64,000 bases of DNA from Anthoceros angustus (Eukaryota > Plantae > Anthocerotophyta), in the NCBI GenBank assembly GCA_010909165.1, contig MU008172.1:124001-188000 (forward strand), given 5' to 3'. Under the pieces are notes generated by a model. That model was not told where the DNA came from and searched no databases. It saw only the letters and a list, made by a program, of their open reading frames with translations. Made by a program: the position numbers and the translations under genes. Below are positions 48,177 to 61,216 of the stretch, piece after piece. How positions within the stretch are numbered: the first letter of the stretch is position 1; each line of letters starts with the position of its first letter.

Positions 48177-51100
48177 TACGTGAGAGTGCCATTGTCGGTT
48201 TCTTGCTCGACCAACATATAGGTCCTCCACCAAAACAAAGCACATAGCAGGAGATTTCCTTGTGTCCACATCTCCGGCATAGTCAGTCGGTGTAAGCTTC
48301 TATGTCAGTGCATTCAATCTGGCATGCAGGAAATACCTAAAGTTGGTGTTCCTTCAAGTACCTAAGCATGCGTTTCAAGCTAGCCAGTGTTCGGACCGGA
48401 TTTTCTAAGAGCGTGATAGGGCACTCGTTGTATAGGCCACCTCCGCCTCATTGTGTTCGATGCATATATTAGCTTACCTACTCCATGCAGCCAGGGGATC
48501 TTTGACATTTGATCCTTCTTGTGTAGAAGGAGACATACTCCGACTAAGCTTAAGTCACTGTGGGAAGAGGGGTAGAAGCGAGTTTGCATCCTTGAGGCCC
48601 AACTGACAAAGCCTTGTCCATAAGGTAGCGTGGTTGAGTCAATGTCATCACAGTGCACTGTTCCTTTGAATATGAATCCAGGCAGCTACGTAAAGGGCCG
48701 AGGCTAGACATCTTGAATTTAGTGGCCGCATATCTGTGATGCTTGTTATAAAAGCTTGGTGTTCTTGGATCGGTCAGTCATCCGTACCTTTGCAAGGTAA
48801 CATTACATCTCCTTTATGTAGATATAAAAGGCTGCATCGCTTGCTCTTTGTGAAACCTAATTCCGGCAATTCAGGTGTCTAAGGCGTTCCATTTCATGGT
48901 GATTGCTTGAAGCCATACAAGCACTTGATCGACTGGAGCATGATTTTCTTTTCCTTTCACCTCATATCACGGAGGTCTTTGCATGTATATCTACTATCCA
49001 ATTTTCCATGTAGGCTTTTAACATCATACATCGCAACTCATAATCATAGTGTGTGGACATGGCAAGGATTGTTCTAAAGGTGGCAAGCTTGACGGAGCGA
49101 AAGTTTCAAGATAGTCCAATCCGAGGACTTGTGAGAAACCCCTTGCTACCAGCGAGCCTTGTACCTATCGAAGGTACCATCGCCTTTACTTTGAGTTTGA
49201 AAACCCACTTACAAGAAACCAATTTTACACTTTGGTGGTAATTGATGCAAGCTCCATGTGCCGTTCTCAATTAAGGAGTCATACTCGATTGTATTGCTTT
49301 CTCCCACTCTTTGTGGTCGGTCTACTCAACGCCTCTTGGTAGGATTGTGGTTCTCACGAGGATCCAGGGCGTTGCGGCATTGACCTCCACTTGTGAGGAA
49401 GTAACTCTAAAATCGGTGCCGCAGTGTGTCGGAGGTTGCCTTTGGCCGAGATGGATATCGTCTAGGTGGTTCTTGATGGGATCTTATGCAGGTTGGTTGG
49501 CAATAGGATTATCATCCAACTCGATTCTGCCCGACGTGCCATTTCCATCTTAGGAGGATGTTGTTCTGTAAAACTTGCTGATTTTGATCTTCCGGCGCAG
49601 TGCGTGTTCTTGTTCAACTACACCTCATCTATGTCCACGAACTCAAAATGCATATGTCATCCCCACTGCGAGCAACGTCCTCAGTTGAGCAGTGAGTTAG
49701 TGATACATTGGATCAAATTGTGAATCAACAAATCTTGTTGTGTCTTCATCTTCATTGAGGACATGATCCTCAGCGGCTCCCACGATGCCCAAGTGCGACT
49801 TTCATCAAAGGTAACACTTACGGCATACACAATCAACAAAGTTGGGCAACCTTTGTCTTCTACGGTGCATCCGATGACCTCTATTTCGTGCAATGTTTCC
49901 AATTTTCTGGTCTCTAATTTGCCACCTATTGTAAGCGTATGTTGCATAGGAGCGGCACGAGTTTAATGTTGAATGTGTGGATTCTACTTGTTTTCTTAGC
50001 GTGCTTACAAGCTACCCCTATGCGAGTTAGCAAGCAGGTGGGCTTCAACAAGGTTAGTAATTTGAAATCCACATGTTCTATCTTTTCTCGGATCATGCAG
50101 ATCAACGATCAACTGCAATTAGCCTCGAGATACTATTGAAACGTCTGTCGGCGTGTTGTCTATGTCCTCAATCACATTTATTAGCTTATCAACACTAGGT
50201 GTATGGGAAGCATGTGTTGTTAGAAAACCTCTCGATTGTAGTTTCTTTGTGGTAGGGCACCTTGTGCGGGAAGAGGATCCAACTCAAGTTGGTGAAGGAA
50301 TCTCTTATTTCCTTTCACCGTCAGCGTTTTGTACTTCGTTTGTCGATGCATAGCGTGTCCGATGAGTTGCTCGGCCACGAAGTTCCAAGGTGCCTCCACA
50401 GCTTGACCCCCTACGGCGATTATGGCGGTCCAAGCTCGGCAGGCCGCCAATCCACTCGATTGGCCATTCATGGGGCCAAATTTTTGTGTTGCTAGAAAGT
50501 CTGTTTCAACATTTTTGATTTTATAGATATGCCTCTAATAATCTACTGCGGTCAGATGGTAGTTGTCCTAGTGCACTTCATCTGATTTGCTAGGGTAGCA
50601 AATCGGAGATGCGCTAGGATTACTCCCCTAATCGCTAGAAATTATAAGAGCATCTATAGAAATAAAGCAACACAAAGCACTTTCTTTATGTTTCTATTTT
50701 CTTGATCAAGAAAGCATTTTCTAAATCAAAAACAACGAAACTATATGCAAATGCATCTTTTCAATGCATTTTACAATGTGCATTCACTAGAATGCGATCG
50801 CATCTAATGCCTACGATACCATAACGTAATTTAGGCGGATCACGGATCAATTAAACATATATAATAATTACATTGTGTCAAGAACATACATAAAACTTAT
50901 GTGTTGTATGAAAAGACAACTAAAGAGACTTATGAATCAACGTGTCTTATCCAAATGGCGTAACCCTAATGAAAAGACATATATAATGCTAAGAGCTTAA
51001 CTTGACTAAATAACCCAAACCCTAATCAATAACCAGTAGCACATGTATTCCTTTACCCTCATCATCGCTAGCCCTGTCATCATTAGCCGCATAGCCTTCT

Positions 51101-51185
51101 CTATGAACTTTGGGAGCTCTTCTTGCCCCTCTCGGACATCATGTGGCGGTAGCCAGCACTTGTTGACCTTCCCACCCCGGAGTCC
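48177..51185 (-). repeat. Near-identical duplicate of 38505-41515 (5' part of the TA-Copia, LTR 50822-51055 and its flank)
   Basis: Constant offset of about 9670 bp. The ORF translations and frameshifts are identical. Confidence 0.95.
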
Positions 51186-51440
51186 TCCACAGCCGATTGC
51201 CGGCACTCTCAATCCCTTCCCTCTTTTCCTCGATGGTCTACCCATGGCCCCGGGATGACAGCTTGAACCCTTGAGTGCCATGGAGCCGGACCAGATCCTT
51301 GGGTTGCATCCACCTCGCCCCATCGTCCTCTTCCACGTCTTCGTTGCCGGGCTGGATATGTTCCACCGGCCTCACGGGCCATCGGCCACGCCAAACCCAT
51401 AAGCACTTGAATTCATATAAGCACTTCCTCGACCAACAAC
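51186..51440 (-). mobile_element. Gypsy gag remnant (host of the TA-Copia insertion)
   Basis: Continuous with the flank at 51056-51185, which encodes a degenerate zinc-knuckle region (KCWLPPHDVRE). Confidence 0.45.
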
Positions 51441-51527
51441 CAAGCAAACAAATCTAATACGCGGTATATAGGTGCAAACCAATCCCCCGATAATGTGAGA
51501 CTCAAGTGAACATTATCATTAGTAGGA

Positions 51528-51960
51528 CTACATGCGTACGCACCTCATGTAGTGCATTGTGCACAAAACCAATCTTCCTGGAATGTCGTCAAGAGGTGGT
51601 TGAACACAAAACATGTGGTATCCCCTATTGCACCGATCACAAAGAAGCATTACATCATCATCATCGATCGTCCACGACACTCCAAGTCTTTGGGTGGGCG
51701 CCACATTGTAGGCCGTAGTTGAGGGTCCAAATTGGGTAAGTGGCATGGTGCGCGTTCTTGAGGTGATCCTTCCATCTTGACCATCGGATCCTTGAGCTCA
51801 AGCACTCCATCTTTGCCTACTACGCACGACCCGCAAGATGACTCCTGTGGATACCTCCAAGGTGTTGCACAGCTTCCGATGCAGTGGGCATAATCTCCAA
51901 CCGAACTTGCGCACCTTGGGTTTCCATGTCCCTCCTCGTGTGTAAGCATAGCGATTGATC
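51528..51960 (-). mobile_element. Gypsy pol C-terminus with a PHD finger
   Basis: GKDGVLELK...APCHLPNLDP...DLEC...DDDDVMLLCDRCNRGYHMFCVQPPLDDIP, which fits the C4HC3 PHD pattern, with frameshifts. Confidence 0.8.
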
Positions 51961-54900
51961 CCTGTTACAAGCTATGATCTCGTGTGTACACTAGATAGGC
52001 GTGCTAGGCTTAGTGTGATGCTAGCGATGCTAGGCAATGCTAGGTGGCGCTAGGCGTGCTAGGTGATGCTAAGCTACTGGGCGTGCTAGGCAATGCTAGC
52101 GCTGGGTGCTAGGCGATGCTAGGTGATGCTAAGCTACCCTGGGCGCTAGGCGGCTAAGCTAGAAGAGGCTGGGCTCTAGGCCTAGGTGATGCTAAGCTCC
52201 CTGGCGAGGGGCCGCGGCGAGGCTAGGCGAAGGCTCAAGCAAGCCCAAGTCAAGGCCAAGGAGAGGAGGCGAAGAAGCCCAAGTCAAGGCCAAGGAGGAG
52301 GCGAAGGGCCCAAGGAGAGGAGGCGAAGGAGCCAAGTCAAGGCCAAGGAGAGGCGAAGGCAAGGCAGAGCCCAAGGAGAGGAATGAGGCCTCCACAGGGG
52401 AGGTGGCCTTTTAAGGCCAACCAACCAAGGGAGAAACAAGAGTATTTTACTCTTGGGCCCATTCAAGGGATAAGGGAGAAGCGGATAGACATGGGTATGT
52501 CATCAGTCCATATTTCACTTTCTGTCCAAAAGTCTCTAGTTGGCACCCCATCCAGTCTTGATCCACCCGGGTGCTTTCTGGAGTTCTTATGCCTTTGCTA
52601 TCCAACTCACCCAGCTCACATTTTGACAAATAGCCTGCAGTATTTGTATGCAATTTAACATGCATAGATACTTAGAGGTTTCACTAATCACGATCTAAGA
52701 TAGCGGGGTGTTAACCTTGATTAAGGGTTTGATCTAGCCACTAACACTGGTGCATGCTGGACACACTCGATCGGGAGCTACCAACCACAAGTCCATCGAG
52801 GCGAATTCAAGTCCCGACCAAGAGGAGAAGTGCGAACACCTCGATTTTGGTACCACCGAAGGACGGAGGAACCCAGCGACACAATCAACAATCTTTGAAG
52901 GATCGTGGTGGCAACACACAAGACACGTTAGTCTTTCAACTCGTGAGCGACGGCGAGGAGGACTTGTCTCTTGGAGTCGTCGATGGGAGGAGACAAGGAT
53001 CGAATGGAGTTGTTCACGGGACGGCGGGCACCTTGCTGGAGGACTTCATCGAGAAATGCAGGCGGTGTGTGCGGAGATGGAATTGAAGACCGGATACAGC
53101 GATCGGCTTCATCCAAATGCCAAGTACTTGGGGGATGAAGCATTGGCGTGCTATCGCGAGCACAAGGCGAGGTTGTTGAGCGGCACATCTGGAGGACCAG
53201 TGAGTAGCAGTTCAAGCTGAAGGAACTCGAGCAGGCGGTGGCACCAAGTGGGCACGATCCCATCGAAGAGATGTTTGACATCTTCGGGAGTTTCGCAAGC
53301 ACGGATGAGAAGATCTCCGGTGACACTTCAAGATGAAGTCGAGGCGAGGCGAAGATGGCTTATCGAAGAATCGACCGGTTAGTGCGTGACACCAAGATCA
53401 TGAGTGGCCCGGCTGCGAGAAGTACTTGCATTGCCACGCCTTGCGTGAAGGTGCAACAAGCGGTGCCGCGAGAGCAACAACACTCTCAAGGAAGTGTATG
53501 AGATGGGCGACAAGATAGGGCCCGTGACACTTTCTCTCGTCTTTGTGCAAGTGATTACTCCGGCTGGTAGGGTGGGCGCAGCGGAGCGGAGGTCAGTGGA
53601 GGCTCGGCGAGACAAGCCAGCCCACCGGCCCAAGTGGCGAGCCCTGCGTGAGGTGCCGAGGACGGACCATTCCCCTCATGAGTGCGAGCATGCATTCGGA
53701 GGAGTCAAGGGTGAGGAGCCATGCCTGGGAGAATGCAGGCACAATGAAGCGGCATGTTGGGGCTTGTCAATTGCGGCCTACGGGTTGTCGGCGGCAACCC
53801 GGCCAATGCATCTGCGTCAACCTCATCCACAAAATCAGCGAAGAGCAAAGGCGTGGAGGAGGCAGCGAAGTCCGTGGACAAAAAAGCGGGAAGCATCAAA
53901 GAAGGCGATGGGCGGCTGTGGCACGCCTGCAAAGCTGGAGAAGTTGGTGCGGGCGAAGATCAAGGAGAAGCGGCGGTTCATCATCGGAGGGCGAAGATGA
54001 TGAGCACAAGCTTGGATACATGGCGGTGACCCGGATCAAGGGCAAGGGAAGAAACCTCGGCTACGAGAAGATAGCTCGGAGGAAGAGGGCGTCTTGACAC
54101 GGTCACGGAAGACACGGAAGGAAGCTTGGGATCCTCTTCCGAACCTATGCCAAGATGCCAAAGTCGTTTGAGCCATTGCCAGCGAGCAAGCTGGGAGCAA
54201 CATCAAAGTCAGTGGGCGATGTGGAGAAACCCATGCAGTTCTTGGCGGAGCGATGGCACAAAAGCTTCGGAGATGCCATGTTTGACCTACAAGACATGGG
54301 GTTGGCGTGAAGGAAGTCGGGGTTTGACTCGGCGGATGTTGACAACCCTTGAAGGCGAAGCAAGTGTCCAATGTGCCAGCAATGATGTCATTGACCTCGA
54401 ACCAAGCATCTGTGGAAGCGGAATCTTTGCAGTGGGAGTGGCTTTGGTCAACAATCGGGAGAGGCACATTGAAATCAATGGATTCGCACCAAGGAGGTGT
54501 TGATTGACACCGGTGATCGTTGGAAGAAGAGTGAAGGAAGCGTTGGGTCTCCACCAAGAAAGGTTGAAGGAAACCAAGTGGAAGATCCGAATAGCGGTGG
54601 GACCACGGAGCATGTGTTGGGGTGACAAGGTACAAGCTGAAGGTTTCATTCAAACCAAACAGACTTCACCTTTGTCGGTACCTGCTTGCGGTCACGACAC
54701 TTTTGATGTCTTCTTTGAGGCGGGCCTTTGTACAAAACAGAGTCATGGTGGATTTGTGGACGGAGGCAGTCTACTATCGACCAGTGGAGAAAGGCTGGAG
54801 CAAACCGATGAGCGGATTGCCGCATCCCTCTGCGGTGCATGGCATGGGATCATGAGAACCTCATTGCCAGCAGCGTCTACCCAGTGTTTGGTGGTGAAGG

Positions 54901-55360
54901 ACACGCCATACGTGCTTGAACCTCTTGGCGTGTGTCTAACAGCACAACGGCTGATGGAGGATTTTGATGAGGAGGAAGACAAGCTAGGGTTGCAACCACC
55001 CTCGGAGGAGGTTCTTCAAGTCGGACGGAGCTGGTGACTGCAATGAGCCGTGCAAAAGGCATGGAGGATGGTGCAAGAGGACCCGGTGTCCTATGAGGAG
55101 GCTAGCATGAGTTCTTGCCTAGGGTTGAGCCTGTTTGTGACCTAAACAAACACCCATCACATGGCGACCTCGGGAAGGCGGCATAGTGCTCGTGGAACTC
55201 TTTGGAGGCATCGTCTGCGGCTTGGGCAGTGCTAAAGTGTGGCATCAAAGTCAAGAAGATCGTGCATTGTGGCCGGATCCAAAAGCAAGGATTGTGTCGC
55301 GAGCGCGTAAAGACTTGATGGGGAGTACCTAACCTCGGCGTGGGAGTCGGTGAAGGGTTA

Positions 55361-58300
55361 TACTACTACATTTTGTCCCTCAAACAACGCTCCAAAACAA
55401 CGGTTGGAAAAGGCGTTGTTTTCTTAGGTTCGAGCCATACCTCGTTTGGTGTGGATTTAGGAATGCGACTAGGTCCGGGTAATTCTTAATGAGTAATTTT
55501 AGTTCTTAACAAATAATTTTAATTCTCAATTATTAATTTTAAATTTAATCAATATAGTATATAATTAATCGGATATTTAGTAAACAATGGAATACACTTA
55601 AGCGGCTTCATCCATCCGGTCGTCCGTTCAACTTGTCGAACTTAGCGGTAGGCCGAATCAGCGCCCCTTCATGAGCATCCGTCATGAGCGAAGCCCATCC
55701 GTCCCGTTCGACCCTAAGGCCTTTCGTCCCAAGGGCTCTGTGTCCTAACGTTCGTTCAGCCCGCTGTTGACTCGTCGTTTCCTGATCACGGTCCTGTCTC
55801 GGCTCGTCCAAGTCCTTCAGATTCGGACCTAACGGATCGGCTCCCTAAGGAGCCTTTCCGTCCCAAGGGCTCACTCGATCCTAACAGTTCGTTCAGCCCT
55901 AGCAGTAGCAGCTCTCAAGTTCTGTCCCTAAGGATCTGTCTTGTCTCAACGCTCCGTCCCGATCCTGATTCCGTTGAGACCTAACGGGATCGGCTCAAAT
56001 CAATCGCATCCCGTCTGGACACGACGGGTCTCGCATATCCGTGTGGTGAGGATAGTTAAAATGGGTTGTAGAGAAAGAAGGTCGACCCCAAGACCTCCGA
56101 CACTACACAGGACAAGCCACTAGACCAATAGATGTGGAATAGGAGGTGTTTTACATATACATCACTTTGAAAACACGGCGTCCATCACACCTACCGGCAA
56201 GCATCCAAGATTTCGAGGATCCTTCTTCTCAAGCTTGTCTGGGAGTTCGCTTGCGGCAAGCTCGACCTAAGCTCGGATGCCGGTTTGGAGCGGATTCGAG
56301 GCGGCCGATTCCGAGAATGTGCTAGAGGATGTTCTGCGAGTCAACAAGACCGGGAGAAGGAGAAGCGGCGGAGATTAGGTACCCTTGTGCTCTCGAATTG
56401 CCTTCGCCGTGGCTCATGGATGGAAGGCACTGCTGCTCGGTGTCGGTGCATTGATGCTGCGTTGTTGCGCGGTGTGCACGGCACGGAATTGGCCACCAAG
56501 GAGCGGGGCCAAAGGTGCAGTGAGAGTGCCTTGTTGACATCCGTCCATAGTAAGGAAGCCGATGAATTCGGGAGAGCAGGATGATGAGGTTGCGCGATGT
56601 CGTTTAGTCGCCAAGTCTGAGTTTGAGTTAGTTAGGTGACGAATTCTCACTGAGGCGAGAAAAATGAGAGATACAAATGGAACGCTGGTAGAGCATTTGG
56701 ACCTCGAAGGTGGATGTGCCGATGGTATCAAGCCATTGGAACACCCACAAGATGCTTAATCACAGCATGGTGCGAAAGCTTGATGGAGGCATTTTCCTTT
56801 GGGCTTTACATCGAGGTGACTTCCATCAATGCCAAAGCCGGCTCAAATGTCCTAAGCTGCGAAGGAAGGTTACTATCTATCGCTCCTGCTATGGTCCCTA
56901 TGGATCACTGTCCATCCTCGTGTCTCATGATTTCTCATGGACTCTTTGTTTCAAATCTAACAGCTTGTAAAGTTCCCAGATGTGGTCAAAAATTGGCCAA
57001 GGTTAAATTGTCTTTGCTTGCATGGTATGTGTCTCCTCATTTATCAACCGCAGGATCATCGATCGCCACCTCCGGCGGGGTTGGAGGAGGCTCATCGTCT
57101 GGAATAGCGGATACCCGGCATCCGACGAACTAAAGCAAAACAGTGGGCGGATTGTTGATGTTGACTACTATACGGCAGTGTGCATCATTTTGTGAACTTC
57201 AGTATGTGAGGTGTCTCGGATCTAGATCAAGGCTAAGCGTACTTGCTCTTTGCCGATTCATCCTCGTCATGGGAATGTACCAGATTAACAAGTTGCAATG
57301 TCTATGTCGATCATTGCCTCCTAGTCTCGGAACTTCACCTTCAATATTGCGTTCGGTGTGGTCGAGGTTGAAGGCATCTCGCTGTCGCTTCGTTCATTGA
57401 TGGCACCTCTTGACCACCATTTGATGGTTTTGCATTCGGCAATGGAGTTGTCATGCTTTGGCGGTGTGATGGGATTACACTATCCTTTGGTGAGTGGGCT
57501 TAGTGTCATCGTTATATGTTTGTTCATATCTCACATGGTCATGGTGGATTGTGCTCCTTTCATTTTGGTAACGTCTGGAAGCCTTATGAGCTCCTTGCAT
57601 TCGGATAGATAAGTTTGGGAGATTTAAGCTATGGCATGCGGGGGTTCCCCTTGTGGCAATCTCCTTCTCCTTTTGTTCGGAGGGTGCTGGACATGTACCT
57701 CCTTGGGGCAACCTCTACCACAGACATGTGTAAAGTTCCAGTGATGTGGTCAAAATTGGCCAAGGTTAAATTGTCTTTGCTTGCATGGTATGTGTCTCCT
57801 CATTTATCAAGCGCACGATCATCGATCGCCACCTCCGGCGAGGTTGAGGAGGCTCATCGTCTGGAATAGCGGATACGGCCAGCATCCCCGAACTAAAGCA
57901 AAAGCGATGGCTGGATTGTTGATGTTGACTACTATGCGGCAGTGTGCATCATTTTGTGAACTTCCAGTATGTGAGGTGTCTCGGATCTAAGTCAAGGCTA
58001 AGCGTACCGCTCTTTGCCGATTCATCCATCGTCATGGGAATGTACAGATTAACAAGTTGCAATGTCTATGTCATTGCCTCCTAGTCAGCGAACTTCACAT
58101 TCGCTTCAATATTGCGTTCGGTGTGAGGTCGAGGTTGAAGACCGTCTCGAACTGTCTTCGGTTCATTGATGGCACCTTCGTCTTCTGACCACCATTTGAT
58201 GGTTTTGCATCAGGCAATTTGGAGTTGTCATGCTTCTGGGAGTGGCGGATGGGATTGGCACACTATCTCTTGGGCAATTGGTGAGTGGGCTTAGTGCTGT

Positions 58301-60013
58301 CATCGTTATATGTTTGTTCATATCTCACATGGTCATGGTGGATTGTGCTCCTTTCATTTTTGGTAACGTCTGGAAGCCTTATGAGCTCCTTGCATTCAGA
58401 TAGATAAGTTTGGGAGATTTAAGCTATGGCATGCGGGGGGTTCCCTGCTTGTGGCAATCTCCTTCTCCTTTTTGTTCGGAGGGTGCTGGACATGTACCCT
58501 CCTTGGGGCAACCTCTACCACAGCACATGTGTACGGTTCTAGTTTGTATGCAGCCATTTTCAACGTGGGGTGGGCTGGAACCCAAGTCTCGCACATGTAC
58601 AGCTCTTCCATCTTCGGATTATTCACATCCTCATTTGGCCAGCACATTACACCAACCATCTTCGTACACATGAGATGTGAAGCGCTTTGGGGTTGATCCT
58701 GCAGGTCGTTGGTCAACTGCATTACATCAAATGCGACGAGCCGAGTGGCTCTCAACAGCTGTCGCAATTCATTCACTATGGTCAGAAGAGTATTATCCTT
58801 CTCGCTGAACAAGCAGCAATTTTGGGCTGCGATGTAGGCGAGACCTAATGCTCTCTGCAATGTGATGTGCGACTTTCAAACCTCTTCTTATACGCAATTG
58901 CTTTTCTTGTCTTTCAAACCATGCCTTGACAGTAACTCGGTGCAATGGCGAGGCATGTGTGGTTTTCATCTTTGTTCTAACAACTTGCTTTGGTTGGATT
59001 GAAGTGCGACATGCCTTGTTACCGTTGAGCTTGGGTATCGGTACCGATGGATTGCGGTGGCTATTGCTACAGTTGCGTGTTTGTGCTCATTTTTCAGCTT
59101 GGTGTTGCGAGCCTAGGTGAGATCCTTTTGTATCATGTTTGTTACGCACACTTAGCAAGGCCATACACCGGGCGACAAAGAGTCCATCCTCTTATCGGTC
59201 ATGTATGCGAGCCTCTGTCTTGTCCGCAGTTGACACACCATTCGATGTTTCAACCGCCAAGTTGAAAGTCTCTCCCTTATTTTGGTTGCGCAATCCTCTC
59301 TACTACCAAGTAGCTATAGTCTATATGCTTGCACGCCTTGCAACAAATGTTTCACGGTGAGAATCGGAAGCCATGAATTGAGGTAACTAAACAAATTCAG
59401 GGTCACCGCAACACCTTTTCGGAGCAGACATTTGAATCAACTCTTTCAACGTCTTGAGTGAAGGTCAAATCTGCAGGCCCTTCTTCCTTTCTTTGGCATC
59501 GACGACTTAAAAATGGGGCACAAAGCGGTGGTAAGGAACAAAGTGCGGTTGTACCTCTTTAGCCGTGAAAAACTTCTTCTACGGTGGAATTGAACACAGC
59601 ATCCACTGTTATCATCCCATTTTTAATAAAGTATTTTCATTGAGTAATTATTATTTTATAAGCCAAATGGGAAAAATTGAAGCAGGGGAATGGGAGCAGG
59701 CGGGCGAGGAGGCGAGGCAGCGGGCGAGGCAGCGGGCGAGGCAGTGGGCCGGCACGGGCATGGTGGGCGACAATGATGGAGCGGGGCGGTGGGCGGGGCG
59801 ACCAGCAGTAGCAACGGAAAGAAATAATAGGAGCAGGGTTAGGGTATGGGTTAAAGATGAGTTAGGAAAAACAACGGTTCCTAAATAGCAAAGCGAAAAC
59901 AATGGTATTTCGTTGTTTTTCGGTTCATTGGTGGCGTTGTTTTTCCAACTTTTCCGTTGTTTTTACAAACATGCGTTGTTTTACGTTGTTTTGGATCCTC
60001 AAATGTAGTAGTG
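55361..60013. mobile_element. CACTA (En/Spm) DNA transposon, 4653 bp, with 3-bp TSD TTA; probably non-autonomous
   Basis: Left TIR TACTACTACATTT (first base C>T); right end AAATGTAGTAGTG (reverse complement CACTACTACATTT). TTA at 55358-55360 and 60014-60016. Subterminal repeats at 55600-56000 and 59870-60000. Confidence 0.9.
56968..58530. repeat. About 760-bp internal tandem duplication inside the CACTA element
   Basis: TAAAGTTCC...GTGGTCAAAA(A)TTGGCCAAGG starts at about 56968 and again at about 57731, with colinear downstream sequence and indels. Confidence 0.85.
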
Positions 60014-61216
60014 TTACGGAAAGGCGGCTGCCGATGGATGTTCGCATGATAGGGTTGTCCCATTTGAGTTGTCTTGGGCAACCGGTGGACCTTGTCATCG
60101 CAGTTGGGAGTGTCAAGGACTATCCTCTGCAGCAAGGGTCAAGGTCAAGGATCCACGGCATTGTTCTATGACCGATGAGGATCTTGCGCTTGATCCAAAG
60201 GGCAAGAAAGGCCTTGTGGATACATGTTGGAGAATGTGCATGGGCGTGAAGAAGCAAGTTCGGGAGGACTTTGCCACGATCCGTGTTGGGTCGAGCTTCT
60301 ATTGGATGCACTCAATTTGGTTCGAGGGCTCATAGGTTGAGGTCCATGTGGACTAACCTTGCTCCTTGGAACATTTGAAGTGTGCGAGGTCGTTCACCAA
60401 GCGACCTAATCATGTTGTCAAGGATGTGCTAGCATCGGAAGGCATGCCCAACAAGTCATCAAGGGACAAGCCGCGCACTTGACACGCCTGGACACCCCAT
60501 GGCGGCTTGGCCAACCTTTGTGTCTAAGTCCAAGTCTTACGCCTTGAGAACCATGGCCCCGGTTGTGGTGGACGGACATGGCGAGGCCTTGGGAGACCAC
60601 GAGAGGGAGTTGGCCATGGGATTTGATCGAGCCACGAAGACAGGAGTGACCGAGAAGGCAGTGTCGATTGCTTGGGCAAGCATTTGACGTGAACATGATG
60701 ACCTGGTTGTTTAGCTGGGTACCAACCGAAACCAAGAAGGCGGGGTTGAAGCGGCGGGTTCGGTGGGTGAAGGACATTCGCACTCGCATCTCAGCAGGAG
60801 AAGGCGAGTTTGGAGGGCAAGGAGAGCGAGCACGTAGAGGCGTGCAAGCCATCGAGCCACACCACATGAGTGGTTATTAACGTCGAGTTGAAGAGCAATC
60901 AACGCGTCTAAAGGAGTTGTTGGAGGCATCGCGACATGTGTTTGCTTTCACGCTTGCGGAGATGGGGAAGTACACCAAAGGGAAGTTCCACATAGAATCG
61001 ACCACGGATGAACCGGTGTTCGCAGGCACGGGCTCGCAAGGGTGAGTGGGATTTGGTTGAGAATCGATGCCAAGAGCTTCTCAAGCTAGGGCTGATTCGA
61101 CGATCTAACTCGCGATGCGCGAGCTTCCAAAGAAGGATGAGAATGGATTGTGGACGGAGAGGAGAATGTGTGGTGACTATCGGCCGTTGAACGAGCGAAT
61201 CCCACATGACCACTAT

